A stretch of 64,000 nt of DNA, taken from positions 576,001 to 640,000 of the forward strand of contig CAWFGO010000003.1 of the NCBI GenBank assembly GCA_963815455.1, in the 5' to 3' direction. Shown here piece after piece: positions 54,470-64,000 of this stretch. The translations under genes were made by a program, and so were the position numbers. How positions within the stretch are numbered: position 1 is the stretch's first letter; each line of letters starts with the position of its first letter. The notes under the pieces are model-generated. The model saw nothing but the letters and a program-made list of their open reading frames with translations, did no database searches and was not told where the DNA came from. This DNA is from an uncultured Verrucomicrobiae bacterium (GTDB lineage: Bacteria; Verrucomicrobiota; Verrucomicrobiia; Chthoniobacterales; UBA10450).

Positions 54470-56278
54470 CTACTTCGGGGCCGGCTCGTTGGACATCGGA
54501 GTCACCGGCGCCGGCTGCAATGGATTCCGTTTTGGTTTCCCAAGCGCATCGACATCGCTGCCCGTGTAGTATCTTCGTGAGTGGGTCGCGCGCGGCGCGG
54601 TTCCTTCGAACGATTCGGTGAAGCTGCTCTGAGCTCCGGTTACGCGATCAAATTCCGCCAGCGAAGAAAGCCATCCAAAGAGGGCTTGCAGCCGCGTCGA
54701 TTGCGCAGTGGTCAATTGCACCTGCGCATTCAGCACGTCCAATTGCGTACCCGCGCCGGCATCGAGCCGGGCTTTGGCCAGACGAACCGCTTCGTCCGCT
54801 TGCTCGACATTCTTCTCCGTAGCCTGAATCAGTTCGCGGTTCTGTAATAAGTTCGACGCAGCCTGCTGGATTTCGAGCTCGACCTGGCGAACGTCGTCAT
54901 CATAAGTGATCTTTGCCTGCGAAAGAAGAGCGCGCTGCTGCTTGACCAAACCGTAGGTTTCGCCGCTGTCCCAGATGTCCCAGTTACCCTGTGCGCCCGC
55001 GACCCAGCCCTTGGATGCGTTATGCAATGCGGTACTGAACGGCGAACTGAAAACCTCGTAGCCGCCGCTTCCTGTAAAATTTGGAAGAAAGTTACCGATC
55101 GCCACATGGACCTGCTCGAGCTGATTATAAACATTGGCCCGGGCCTGCTTCAGGAACGGGCGGTTTTGTTTGCCCTGCTCGATCGCAGAGAGGAGCTCGA
55201 TCGACCGTGGAATAAAAGTCAGCTCGCCCACGACGCGAAGCGGCGAAGCAATACCGCGGGCGGGGTTAAAATCGAGGCCTAACGTTTTCGCAAGCTGGAG
55301 AATTGAGATGCGATAATCGTTGCGGGCAGCGATCAATTGCGGAATCTGATTGGAAAGCTGGACTTGCGCCTGGAGAACATTGAACCGCGGCACTGTTCCG
55401 GCATCGAAACGATTCTGCTGGTCTTTCAACTGGCTTTCCAATAACCGGACCGATTCCTCCTGAACGCCAATCAGAGCGCGATTCAGAATTACCTGATAAA
55501 ATTGCGTTTTTACCGTCGCGATGACCTGATCGATCGTGCTTCGGAATCCGAAATAAGCGCTGTCGCGCTGGAAAAACGTTCCTCGAATCGACCGAAACGT
55601 TCCGTAGTTGAAAAGCAGCTGCGTGCCGAGGATGCGAATAGCGTAGGCATGATCCGTCTGCATGAGATCCTGAGGTTGAATGTCTGAAGGCGTGTTGGTG
55701 CCGGCCGAGGTACCGGTTCCAGAGTTCGTGCCCGAAAATCCGCCGGCGGAGCCGAGGCGAGGATCGGTCCATTGATACGCCACGTTGGGCATGACATGCG
55801 GCAACGCCTGCGCGCCGATCTGGAGAATGACGCCCCGGGTTCGTTCAATTTCCTCCTTGGCCCGCAAAATATCGGGATTCTGCTGGAGAGCGGCGAGGAT
55901 GGCCTTATCGAGATCGAACACGGGTGCGCCTTTTTCCGACCATTGGAAACTGCTCGATGTCACGACCGCGCTCGACTGCGTCGAGTTCGACATCGCGGCG
56001 CCATTTCCTGTCGGAACGGGACTCAGTCCCGGAATGATTGGAGTGGGCTCGGGCGCTACGGGAGTGGATTCCGGAACGACAGCCGGCGCCGGAGTAGTGG
56101 TGGCGGTCGAATCCGGTTCGGGGAAGACGGTTGCCGTTGGAGTGGCGGTGGGACTGGCTTCGACAAGAATTGCCGGGTCCGTGACGGCCGCGGGAACTGC
56201 CTCTTCCTGTCCCGCGACAGACGAGATGATAAAAGCGGCTCCTAACACGGTGCCGCATACAACAGAAATTTTTCGCAT
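54470..56278 (-). CDS. TolC-family outer membrane protein
   Basis: Signal peptide, Pro/Thr linker, two OEP repeats (RFDAG..FNVLQAQ and RLDAG..LDVLNAQ). Confidence 0.9.
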   Translation of the reverse strand: MRKISVVCGTVLGAAFIISSVAGQEEAVPAAVTDPAILVEASPTATPTATVFPEPDSTATTTPAPAVVPESTPVAPEPTPIIPGLSPVPTGNGAAMSNSTQSSAVVTSSSFQWSEKGAPVFDLDKAILAALQQNPDILRAKEEIERTRGVILQIGAQALPHVMPNVAYQWTDPRLGSAGGFSGTNSGTGTSAGTNTPSDIQPQDLMQTDHAYAIRILGTQLLFNYGTFRSIRGTFFQRDSAYFGFRSTIDQVIATVKTQFYQVILNRALIGVQEESVRLLESQLKDQQNRFDAGTVPRFNVLQAQVQLSNQIPQLIAARNDYRISILQLAKTLGLDFNPARGIASPLRVVGELTFIPRSIELLSAIEQGKQNRPFLKQARANVYNQLEQVHVAIGNFLPNFTGSGGYEVFSSPFSTALHNASKGWVAGAQGNWDIWDSGETYGLVKQQRALLSQAKITYDDDVRQVELEIQQAASNLLQNRELIQATEKNVEQADEAVRLAKARLDAGAGTQLDVLNAQVQLTTAQSTRLQALFGWLSSLAEFDRVTGAQSSFTESFEGTAPRATHSRRYYTGSDVDALGKPKRNPLQPAPVTPMSNEPAPK

Positions 56279-56383
56279 TACAAAGTGACTGAAATTTAGA
56301 CCCAGGAAGCCCTGCCTGTGGATTCAGACCGGCACATCGTCATCCTGAGGTCATAGCACAGACGACGATTTGCTGACAAGGGA

Positions 56384-56834
56384 TCATTTCGATTGGCAAT
56401 AGTTGTAAATTTTATTGTAGATATGCAGCCAGGCCTTTTGCTCAGCCGGTGAAAGGTGTTCGAGGATTTTCATGAGGTTTCCCACCATCTCTTCGCGGAT
56501 GCGCCGGACGAGAGCCGAGCCCTTCGGGGTAATGCAAACCATCACTTTGCGGCGATCCTCCCGCACACTCGAGCGCGCCACGTAATCGAGATTCTCCAGC
56601 CGCGCGACCAGTCCGCTCGCCGCCGCCGTGGTGTGTCCCATTTTCTGCGCGATAGCCGACATGGTGAGCGCCTCTTTCTGATCGAGATAAGTCAGCAGAA
56701 AAAATTGGGGGAAGGACACGTTGCCCGGCGCGAGTTCCTTGCACAGATGCAGCATGAAACAACGCTGCATTTCCAGCACGATATGGGAAAGACGTTCGGC
56801 GTCGGCACGGATTCGATCGGACGGATTTCGTCAC
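56384..56834 (-). CDS. MarR-family regulator (probable GTG at 56834, one N-terminal frameshift)
   Basis: SFPQF.LL, LVARLE, DRRKV.V.ITPKG. Confidence 0.88.
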
Positions 56835-57046
56835 AAACGCTGTGGCGGTCCCGGTATTCAACCCGCTAAAGCTAAGAGTCCACCGTGGACTGTCAAACGT
56901 CCGGACGACAAAGAAATCAGGCTCCGGACTAAAATCTCTCATGAAATAATTCGCTATTGCTTCGCTGCTCGCATTCCCCGCAGCATCGGTTTGAAAACGC
57001 TCTCGTGTCAGTGAGATGCGACACCGAGCTCGAATGGATTCAAGTT

Positions 57047-58252
57047 TCAATCGAAAAGCAGAGCCGTAACCATCGCGCCCCGCTCCATTTTTTCTCCCGG
57101 ACCGAGACGCACAAGCGAGTTCGACTGGCTCAGGCCGAAAAGCGCGTGCGATTCCTGCCGGCCAACGGGTGAAAATTCTCCATCTTGCAGCCTGCCGCGG
57201 ATGTAATGGGCCCGGTCGCCGTCATTATTAAGATCGACAGTTATCCGGGCCGGGACCATCAATGGATCGAGATTTGTCGCGCCCATCATTTTCAAAATCG
57301 CCGGGCGCACGAACACCAGAAAGGTCACAAAAGCGGAGACGGGATTTCCGGGCAAGCCGAACACCGCGCACTCGCCGATGCGACCGAATAGAAACGGTTT
57401 GCCCGGTTTGATGGCGACACGCCAGATGTCGATTCTGGCGCCGAGTGATTGCAACGCCGTTTTGACGAAATCATGTTGGCCGACGGAAACGCCGCCGGTG
57501 ATAATGAGCAGCGAACTCTTGCTGCCTTCCTTGATTGCAGCGGCCAGCGCGTCGCGGTCGTCACGACAATGCACGGATGAGCTTACACTCGTCCGGCAGC
57601 GTTCGAGTAATCCTTGCAGCAAGATCGAATTGCTCTCGTAAATTTGGCCTGGCTGAAGCGGCTCGCCCAATTTCGCCAGCTCGTCGCCGGTTGAAATAAT
57701 TGCAGCACTCGCTTCACCACCAACAACCACGTCGGCGATTCCCTGCGAAGCGAGCAAGGCAACGGTGGTTGCGCGAATCGGCTCGCCTTTGCTCAGAATT
57801 TTTTGGCCTTCGCTTAGATCACAGCCTCTTTTCCGAATGAACTCGCCAGGATCGACATCGGCATTCACGAGAATCTCATCGCCCTGACGATCGACATCCT
57901 CCTGCATGACCACCGCATCAGCGCCTTCGGGGATCAACGCACCGGTGAAAACTCGGATGGCCTGACCTTTCCGGAGACGCAGTTGTCGATCCAATCCGGC
58001 GGGCTGTTCCCCGACCACTCGCAACCGCGCGCCGGATCGGCCCGCCTTCGCTGCGCTACGGCGCGGCAGGCAATCGCTCGCGATCACCGCGTAACCGTCC
58101 ATGGCCGAGTTGTCGAAAACCGGGAGCGCCAACCGAGCGAGATAATCCTGGGCTGAAAAACAATCGAGCGCGTCCGCCAGCGGGACCTTGCGCGCCGGCA
58201 ATGGTCATAGCTTACTTAGAATGGTTTGTCGGGCTTCGTCCTCTGAAATCAT
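57047..58252 (-). CDS. moeA: Molybdopterin molybdotransferase, in-frame TGA at codon 16
   Basis: FDNSAMDGYA, STGDEL, TGGVSVG, KPGKP and GLPGNP. Confidence 0.92.
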
Positions 58253-58256
58253 TTGC

Positions 58257-58317
58257 TGTAGGGGACGCTGTTAGCGTCCCGGCTTTTTGGAAAGGGAAGC
58301 TAGCAGCTTCCCCTACA
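58257..58317. repeat. GTAG-type REP doublet
   Basis: TGTAGGGGACGCTGTTAGCGTCCC...GGGAAGCTAGCAGCTTCCCCTACA. Confidence 0.85.
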
Positions 58318-58443
58318 ACTTAATCAATTCGGAACCGGGATTTGGCAACTCCGATAGAATCGCGAGCACGCGACGGATGTCGGTGTCACCATTTCCAATT
58401 GGAAATCCGAAATCCTTCGCCATATTGTCGCCGACCGACCAGA

Positions 58444-58535
58444 GGTGAGGTGGCTGAGTGGTCGAAAGCAGCGCTTTGCTAAAGCGCCGTACCTGTCAAA
58501 GGGTACCGAGGGTTCGAATCCCTCCCTCACCGCCA
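58444..58535 (+). tRNA. tRNA-Ser(GCT)
   Basis: GGTGAGG/CCTCACC acceptor stem, GCGCT-TTGCTAA-AGCGC anticodon arm, long variable arm, GGTTCGAATCC, encoded CCA. Confidence 0.97.
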
Positions 58536-58631
58536 TTCCATTTTCGATTTTAGAATTTCGATTTTCGATTGCTTGCGTACTCCGCGTTTCGTCATTCGGC
58601 ATTCGTCATTCGTCATTCCGCCGCAGGCAGC

Positions 58632-58647
58632 AATCCCTCCCTCACCG
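58632..58647 (+). repeat. Direct repeat of the tRNA 3' end (att-like)
   Basis: AATCCCTCCCTCACCG is identical to 58517-58532. Confidence 0.85.
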
Positions 58648-58762
58648 AGTCCAAGGCCAAAAACGCTCGCCCCGTCGGACAGCCCCGAAAGCCTTCGGCG
58701 GTTGCGTTTTTGCCAGGTGCCGCTGGCAATTGTGCAGCAGGCTGGTGCACAATTGGTAGTCA

Positions 58763-59085
58763 TCAGCTTGGGACGAATGTCACCGTTCCCGCTTTGACCT
58801 GCGGCAGCAAAGCGATCAACGCCGCCATCAACGGGCGAGTGTCAGCCAATCGATTTGAGCGCGCTTGAAGCGCGACGACAGCAATGTTGTATTCCCCAAT
58901 GTTCTGCTGGTGCACCATGTTGCTGTCCATCGTCACCAGGACATCGAATCCAGCTTCGGCTGCCTTGGCGAGCAATTCGCCATTCTGAATTCCGGTCCAT
59001 CCTAACGAAGAGACGGAGTCCGTTTGATGTCCGGTCAAATCGCGACTCAACCGCAGTCGAGATTCTCATCCAAGAGCAGCCGCAT
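58763..59085 (-). CDS. DUF5615 PIN-like toxin, frameshift near 59055
   Basis: MRLLLDENL, then GWTGIQNGELL..A...FDVLVTMD. Confidence 0.85.
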
Positions 59086-59292
59086 TCAGGAGGCAGCCAG
59101 CGCGTGCTCTCGCGCTTCTTCCAGCAACGCAATGACTTGGTCGCGCTTCACACTGGGAAAGCCTTCCAAGAACTCTTCGATCGAATCGCCAGCCTCCAAA
59201 TGATCGAAAAGACTTTTGACCGGTACGCGCGTTCCGACAAAGACCGGCTCGCCGCCCAGGACGTCCGGATTTTGCGATATGACCTTGCTCAT
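59086..59292 (-). CDS. DUF433 antitoxin
   Basis: PDVLGGEPVFVGTRVPV..L..GDSIEEFLEGFP. Confidence 0.92.
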   Translation of the reverse strand: MSKVISQNPDVLGGEPVFVGTRVPVKSLFDHLEAGDSIEEFLEGFPSVKRDQVIALLEEAREHALAAS

Positions 59293-59610
59293 TGGGGTGA
59301 TTCTAACTCCAAACACCCAAATCTTCCAGCGTTAGAAGCTGCCCGGATTACGCTGTTTGCGTTACGCATGTTGCGTCATGCGACCCGGATCATTTCGGCA
59401 TTCGGTTTTTGCGGGAGCGTAAGCCGGCGACTTGTGTAGACTTTGCGGTTCAGCCCGAATCCGCGCGTTCGCCATCGGACAACCCCGAACTCCGAAAGTC
59501 TTCGCGAGCAGGTGCTTTCGGGATTCGCACGTCCATAGCGCCTTAATCGGAGCGTTGTGCGAGCGCTCACTATTTGTTGGCCAGATTCTTAACGATCCCA
59601 TTTCTCAAAT

Positions 59611-60051
59611 TTACTCTTCAAGTAGGAAAGCATCGCTCTTGCTCCACACATGTTCCTGGCCGCAGTAAGGACAGCGCACGGAATTGCCCTCCAGCGTAGA
59701 GCTTTCAAAGCTTTGCTCGGACATCGCAATCCCTGTAAAAATTGCTTTATTAGTGATCGGGCATTTGATCATCACGCGACTAGATTTTTGCGGATTGGGG
59801 GACTCGAGTTGCGCAAATATCCAATACGTACCTGTTGAATCGGAATTCAGTGAGGCCAGAATCCGTACCTCCTTAAGTGTTATTCTATGTAGATCTTGCT
59901 CAAGTCTCTCCGTCCGAATATTTGGGTGAGTTTGGATTTCACTTAGTTCGTGCCGTTCGATGTAACCGGCTATGACTTTGACGATGTTTTGAACTCGCTT
60001 GGACGAATTTTCGATCTGCCGAGCGAACTCCGGCGCAAAATATATTTTCAT
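59611..60051 (-). CDS. Hypothetical protein: RelE-like N-terminus plus Cys/His Zn-ribbon-like C-terminus
   Basis: MKIYFAPEFARQ start; IKCP...RCPYCGQEHVW. Confidence 0.65.
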   Translation of the reverse strand: MKIYFAPEFARQIENSSKRVQNIVKVIAGYIERHELSEIQTHPNIRTERLEQDLHRITLKEVRILASLNSDSTGTYWIFAQLESPNPQKSSRVMIKCPITNKAIFTGIAMSEQSFESSTLEGNSVRCPYCGQEHVWSKSDAFLLEE

Positions 60052-60428
60052 TGGTCTCGTTGGAAAATTTGGCGCAGTTTTTGGTCTGCCTCTTGCAGCT
60101 CGTCGATTTGACCTTGATCGATCTTAGCAGCGTAGAATTGGGTGATGCTTCCGGCCAACTCCTGTTTCGACTCGTCGAGCACCGAGAGAGCTCGGTTGTC
60201 GTAATCATAAACTTTCTTTTGGTACAGTATGCCAGTTGCGAGCAGCACGACGGCAACCCAAACGGTCGGAATCTGCGGCAGCACGGACCATTGAATTTCG
60301 CCGCTCTTAAACACGCACGCAGCTATCAGATTTGTTAATAGGCCTAGCAACGCTCCGATTATCGCAGGTATTCCCGACCTCGGCAGCGGCTTCGTCAGCA
60401 GCCAAAGCTTTATCGTGTTCCAATTCAT
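60048..60428 (-). CDS. Hypothetical 2-TM protein
   Basis: Two hydrophobic helices and a helical tail; ATGA overlap with the next ORF. Confidence 0.7.
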   Translation of the reverse strand: MNWNTIKLWLLTKPLPRSGIPAIIGALLGLLTNLIAACVFKSGEIQWSVLPQIPTVWVAVVLLATGILYQKKVYDYDNRALSVLDESKQELAGSITQFYAAKIDQGQIDELQEADQKLRQIFQRDQ

Positions 60429-60544
60429 TTTTCCCCGACGCGGCATAACGGTAAAGCGTCGGCGGCGGCTGTGACAAGAAGGGACATAAAGTAGGGGGTA
60501 GTAAATGGGGTTGCGTCTGCAGACCGTTTTTTTTGAAAACGCTG

Positions 60545-60596
60545 TTGACAGGCATTGTGAACAACGTTAACATGCCCTAGAAAGCATCGTTCACAA
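60545..60596 (+). promoter_or_regulatory. Sigma70-like promoter with an inverted-repeat operator
   Basis: TTGACA(60545)-N17-TAACAT; TTGTGAAC(60555)...GTTCACAA(60589). Confidence 0.75.
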
Positions 60597-60613
60597 CTAC
60601 TGGGGGAATTATT

Positions 60614-63004
60614 ATGACAGAAACACTTATTGGCGTTTATGAAGTCGCGGAGCTGGCTAACGTCAGTCCGTCAGCGGTAGCGAACTGGCGAAAGCGTTTC
60701 AGTGATTTTCCCGCGCCGCTGGCCGAACTGAAATCGGGTCCGGTGTTCGCGGAGAACCAGATTAAGCTGTGGCTCGCTCGGCGCCAAGGCAGCGATTCCG
60801 TAGAGACGGAACTGTTTTACGATGAACTGGCGACGAAGCGTGGCGACCCGCCCGATCTGCGGGAGAAAGTTGAAGAAGTTGTCGATCAGCTCGAGAAGCA
60901 AGCGACATCGACGAAACGGCCCGGGATTTTGCTGGGGCGCGTGCAGAGTGGAAAGACGCGCGCATTCCTGGGAGTAATCGCGCGGGCTTTTGATAAGGGC
61001 TACGACGTGGCCATAATCCTGACGAAAGGGACCAAGTCGCTTGCTGAACAAACTCTCAGCCGCGTGAAAGAGGATTTCCGCGAGTTCATCGCGGCCGACC
61101 AGGTTGATGTGTTCGACATTTTGTCGGTACCCGACCTGACGCGTCATGAGCTGAGCCGAAAACTGATCTTCGTCGTGAAAAAAGAGGACGATAATCTGCG
61201 GCGATTGCTGAGCGTGTTTCGCGTGCAATATCCCGATCTGCGCAAGAAGTCGGTGCTTATTATTGACGACGAAGCCGACCTTGCATCGGTCAGTTTCCGC
61301 AAGACAGGCGGCGTGAGCTCGGCCGGGGTAATATCCCAACAAATTGATCAATTGCGCGAATCAGTCACAAATTCCGCATTCCTGCAGGTGACGGCCACTC
61401 CCTACGCGCTGTATCTGCAGCCCGACAATGAAATGGTCGTGAATGGCAGTTCGCTTTTTAAACCGAAGCGCCCCGCGTTTACGGTGATGTTGCCGACGCA
61501 CAGCAAATACGCCGGCGGTGACGAGTACTTCGAGAAAAGCAGCGAGCCGGATTCGGCGGCATTCTATTTCTATCAGGAGGTGGCCCTCGCCGAACGTGAT
61601 GCCCTAAAAAAGGAAGATCGTCGACGGCTACAGATCGAGAGAGTGCTAACGGAAAACAACGCGACAGTCCTGAGGACGGCCATTATCAATTTTCTGGTTG
61701 GCGGTGCAATTCGTCGGCTGCAACAGCGGGCGGTTGGTCAGCGGCCGCAAAAATATAGTTTCCTCTTTCATACGGAACAGTCCCGCAGCTCGCACGAGTG
61801 GCAGGAAAAGGTCGCCGGCGCCATTAAAGATGCGCTTGTCGACCAAGCGCGAGCTGACAGTCCGTTGTTCAATGAATTGATCCGCTCGGCGTATATGGAT
61901 CTTCGTCGATCGATCGAGCTGGAAGGTATGTCGCTGCCGAGCATCGAGGACGTGACCAAGGCCGTGGTTGAAGCACTGGAAACAGAACAGCTCATGATCA
62001 CGAAAGTGAATTCGGACACCGACGTTAAGAAGCTGTTGGCGGAGAATGGACAGCTCAAATTACGCACGCCTTTCAACATGTTCATCGGTGGTCAGATTCT
62101 CGATCGGGGTATTACGATCGCGAATTTGATCGGCTTTTACTACGGACGAAACCCGAACCGTTTTCAGCAGGACACCGTGCTGCAGCACTCGCGGATGTAC
62201 GGCGCTCGCCCGACCGCCGACCTGGCGGTGACAAGGTTCTATGCGCCGCAGCATGTTTATCAGATCATGAAAAGGATTCACGAATTCGACGGAGCATTGC
62301 GCGAGGCGTTCGAGTCCGGCGCTCACGATCAGGGCGTTTATTTCATCCGAAAGGATCCGTCTAACCGATTGGTCGCCTGCTCTCCAAACAAGTTGCTGTT
62401 TTCGGACGTTGTGAGCATCCGACCAGGGCGCCGGCTGGTGCTTTCCGGCTTCCAAACCGTGTATAAATCATATGGCGGGAAAAATCTGGAAGCGCTGGAT
62501 GGTGCGATCGCCAAAATCGTCGGAAAGAAAGAAGAGCCGGTTTTGATTGATGTGTCGAAAGCGATCGAACTGCTGAAATTGGCTTATGCCAATTTGGAAT
62601 TTGACGACGAGACTGACGATGATCGCGAAGCGCACATTGCAGCGTTGGAGCACCTGTCCCGCACATGTAGAAACGCGAAGTTCAAAGGTAAGGTGTGGCT
62701 GTTGGTCGCCCGCGACCGCGACGTTGCGCGCTATCGTGAGGAAGGCCGTTTCTCGAACGCTCCCGACACGAAACAACAGAAGGACTTGGCGCGCACCAAA
62801 GCGGATGACGTTCCGGTTTTAGAATTGCTGCGGCAGAATGGCACTAAAGCGAAAGGTTGGAACGATCTGCCTTTCTGGTGGCCGGTCATTGTGACGCCCA
62901 GATCGGCGGTAACGTCGATCTTTGCTACGGATGAGGCTGTTGCGCCGACGGCAGCAACCAGCACCGGTCCGACGCGCGCATTGGTAACTGAGCAGTTCGC
63001 ATAG
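60614..63004 (+). CDS. HTH + SF2 helicase-like ATPase + Z1 domain protein
   Basis: VAELANVSPSAVANWRKR, GRVQSGKT, IIDDEAD, TATP and GGQILDRGITI...DTVLQHSRMYG. Confidence 0.88.
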   Translation: MTETLIGVYEVAELANVSPSAVANWRKRFSDFPAPLAELKSGPVFAENQIKLWLARRQGSDSVETELFYDELATKRGDPPDLREKVEEVVDQLEKQATSTKRPGILLGRVQSGKTRAFLGVIARAFDKGYDVAIILTKGTKSLAEQTLSRVKEDFREFIAADQVDVFDILSVPDLTRHELSRKLIFVVKKEDDNLRRLLSVFRVQYPDLRKKSVLIIDDEADLASVSFRKTGGVSSAGVISQQIDQLRESVTNSAFLQVTATPYALYLQPDNEMVVNGSSLFKPKRPAFTVMLPTHSKYAGGDEYFEKSSEPDSAAFYFYQEVALAERDALKKEDRRRLQIERVLTENNATVLRTAIINFLVGGAIRRLQQRAVGQRPQKYSFLFHTEQSRSSHEWQEKVAGAIKDALVDQARADSPLFNELIRSAYMDLRRSIELEGMSLPSIEDVTKAVVEALETEQLMITKVNSDTDVKKLLAENGQLKLRTPFNMFIGGQILDRGITIANLIGFYYGRNPNRFQQDTVLQHSRMYGARPTADLAVTRFYAPQHVYQIMKRIHEFDGALREAFESGAHDQGVYFIRKDPSNRLVACSPNKLLFSDVVSIRPGRRLVLSGFQTVYKSYGGKNLEALDGAIAKIVGKKEEPVLIDVSKAIELLKLAYANLEFDDETDDDREAHIAALEHLSRTCRNAKFKGKVWLLVARDRDVARYREEGRFSNAPDTKQQKDLARTKADDVPVLELLRQNGTKAKGWNDLPFWWPVIVTPRSAVTSIFATDEAVAPTAATSTGPTRALVTEQFA

Positions 63005-63037
63005 TTGGCGTCGCGACTGAGAAGTGGCGATCAGGTC

Positions 63038-64000
63038 CTAATCGCTTCCGGCTAGCTTACCGAACTCCATGCCGAGTCGCTGCGGATCGCGACAGACGAG
63101 GAAGTCCCACTTTCCGAGTCTTCCCCAATGGTTCACCGCCGAGACCCAACGTCGTGCGCCTTGGTGTTTGGCGTCGGTGTCTTCGTAGGACTTGCCTTTG
63201 ATTTCGAGAACGACGTTAACGCCATTTCGAAGTCGAACGATGAAATCGGGTTCGTAAACCTGTGGGTTGCCGTAAAGTTCGTAAGGAATATTGAATTCCA
63301 GGCGATCATTTCGAGCGTAACAAAAGACCACGCCCTCTTTCGCTAGCTTTTCGAGTTGAAACGTCGCTGCTTGCTCCCAGGAATTCGTGTCGCACGCGAC
63401 AAAGTTCAGGTGGCTCGCGCCCGTTATCTGCACCGGCTTGACGGTCTTGAAATGAACGCTCTCGGTGCTGCTTATCGGCTTGTAGCGATTCAATCTGGGT
63501 AACAAGGGAGCTTCGCCTTTGCCATCGTCCGGGGTGATAGCGGCGATCAACAGTCCGATGATACGCTGCGCGTAGGTCTGTAAACCGACCTCGCTTGGAT
63601 TCAGCCCATCGAAATCGACCCTCTCGCTAACGTAGCGCCGCACGATGTCCAGGATCTGTGGAAACAAGATGCTCCGGCTTTCCCGACGTAGTTGCTCCTT
63701 TCCCGGATGGGACGCTTCGGTCAGCGCTCGGACGATCTCCCTTGTAATCTCGAACTCGATGGTTTGTGGATGAACGGAATCGTAATAAGTCTGCCGGTTC
63801 ACAAGTTCGAAACCGAAACCGCCGTGCGCACTCGGATGTCCGATTTGATATCCGACCTGCGGCCGGACGAAAGCGTCAGTGGGCGTGCTCCATGGATCGA
63901 GCCTAGTCCGCTCAACTTTTTGAACATCGCAACTGACCAAGTTTCGCTTTAGCGAAACCACATAGCCTTCAACCACCGGGAAACGAATCTCCAAAGCTTT
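63038..64000 (-). CDS. Type III restriction-like endonuclease subunit, C-terminal part (5'-partial)
   Basis: DTNSWEQ, YARNDRL.F.IPY and YEPDFIVRL...VLEIKG (PD-(D/E)XK). Confidence 0.85.
   Translation of the reverse strand, partial: KALEIRFPVVEGYVVSLKRNLVSCDVQKVERTRLDPWSTPTDAFVRPQVGYQIGHPSAHGGFGFELVNRQTYYDSVHPQTIEFEITREIVRALTEASHPGKEQLRRESRSILFPQILDIVRRYVSERVDFDGLNPSEVGLQTYAQRIIGLLIAAITPDDGKGEAPLLPRLNRYKPISSTESVHFKTVKPVQITGASHLNFVACDTNSWEQAATFQLEKLAKEGVVFCYARNDRLEFNIPYELYGNPQVYEPDFIVRLRNGVNVVLEIKGKSYEDTDAKHQGARRWVSAVNHWGRLGKWDFLVCRDPQRLGMEFGKLAGSD

Noticed and set aside
58205..58207. In-frame TGA in moeA as selenocysteine or recoding
   Set aside because: Non-catalytic N-terminal position; a CGA-to-TGA error is simpler given the error rate; TGA is used as a normal stop elsewhere
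58650..64000. Prophage at the tRNA
   Set aside because: No integrase or virion genes in the window; content is TA and restriction-like only

Overview
Bacterial chromosomal segment, most likely from a soil Verrucomicrobiota (Chthoniobacterales-like) genome; this is inferred from gene content and repeat style, not verified. The backbone is housekeeping: LOG protein, GT4, ACP, tatA, ku and ligD-Pol, can, pilT, lpxK, acs, ddpX, cutA, mnmA, mpg, secA, ridA, pyrE, sdhCAB, ispE, pyrF, lplA-like, polyprenyl synthetase, radC, lpxA, desaturase, pgeF, TolC, MarR, moeA and tRNA-Ser(GCT). Six accessory signals overlay it. (1) Two integrase-less integron cassette arrays with self-consistent attC cores (about 3.9-5.9 kb and 31.1-33.5 kb). 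(2) Two four-helix-bundle (IVP/Avd-like) genes, each enclosed by its own inverted heptamer-repeat stem and placed in the two junctions of sdhC-sdhA-sdhB. (3) Several palindromic repeat families that insert in frame inside genes (mnmA, moeA, a VOC protein, lplA) or appear to donate start codons. (4) A SecA carrying an inserted E3-binding (PSBD)-like domain. (5) A 190-bp tandem duplication. (6) A defence-like island after the tRNA, with a DUF433/DUF5615 TA pair, a 2TM plus RelE-like/Zn-ribbon pair, an HTH-SF2-Z1 protein and a type III-like restriction subunit. Many single-base frameshifts, densest at 47.6-52.7 kb and hitting essential genes, are most likely sequencing errors.
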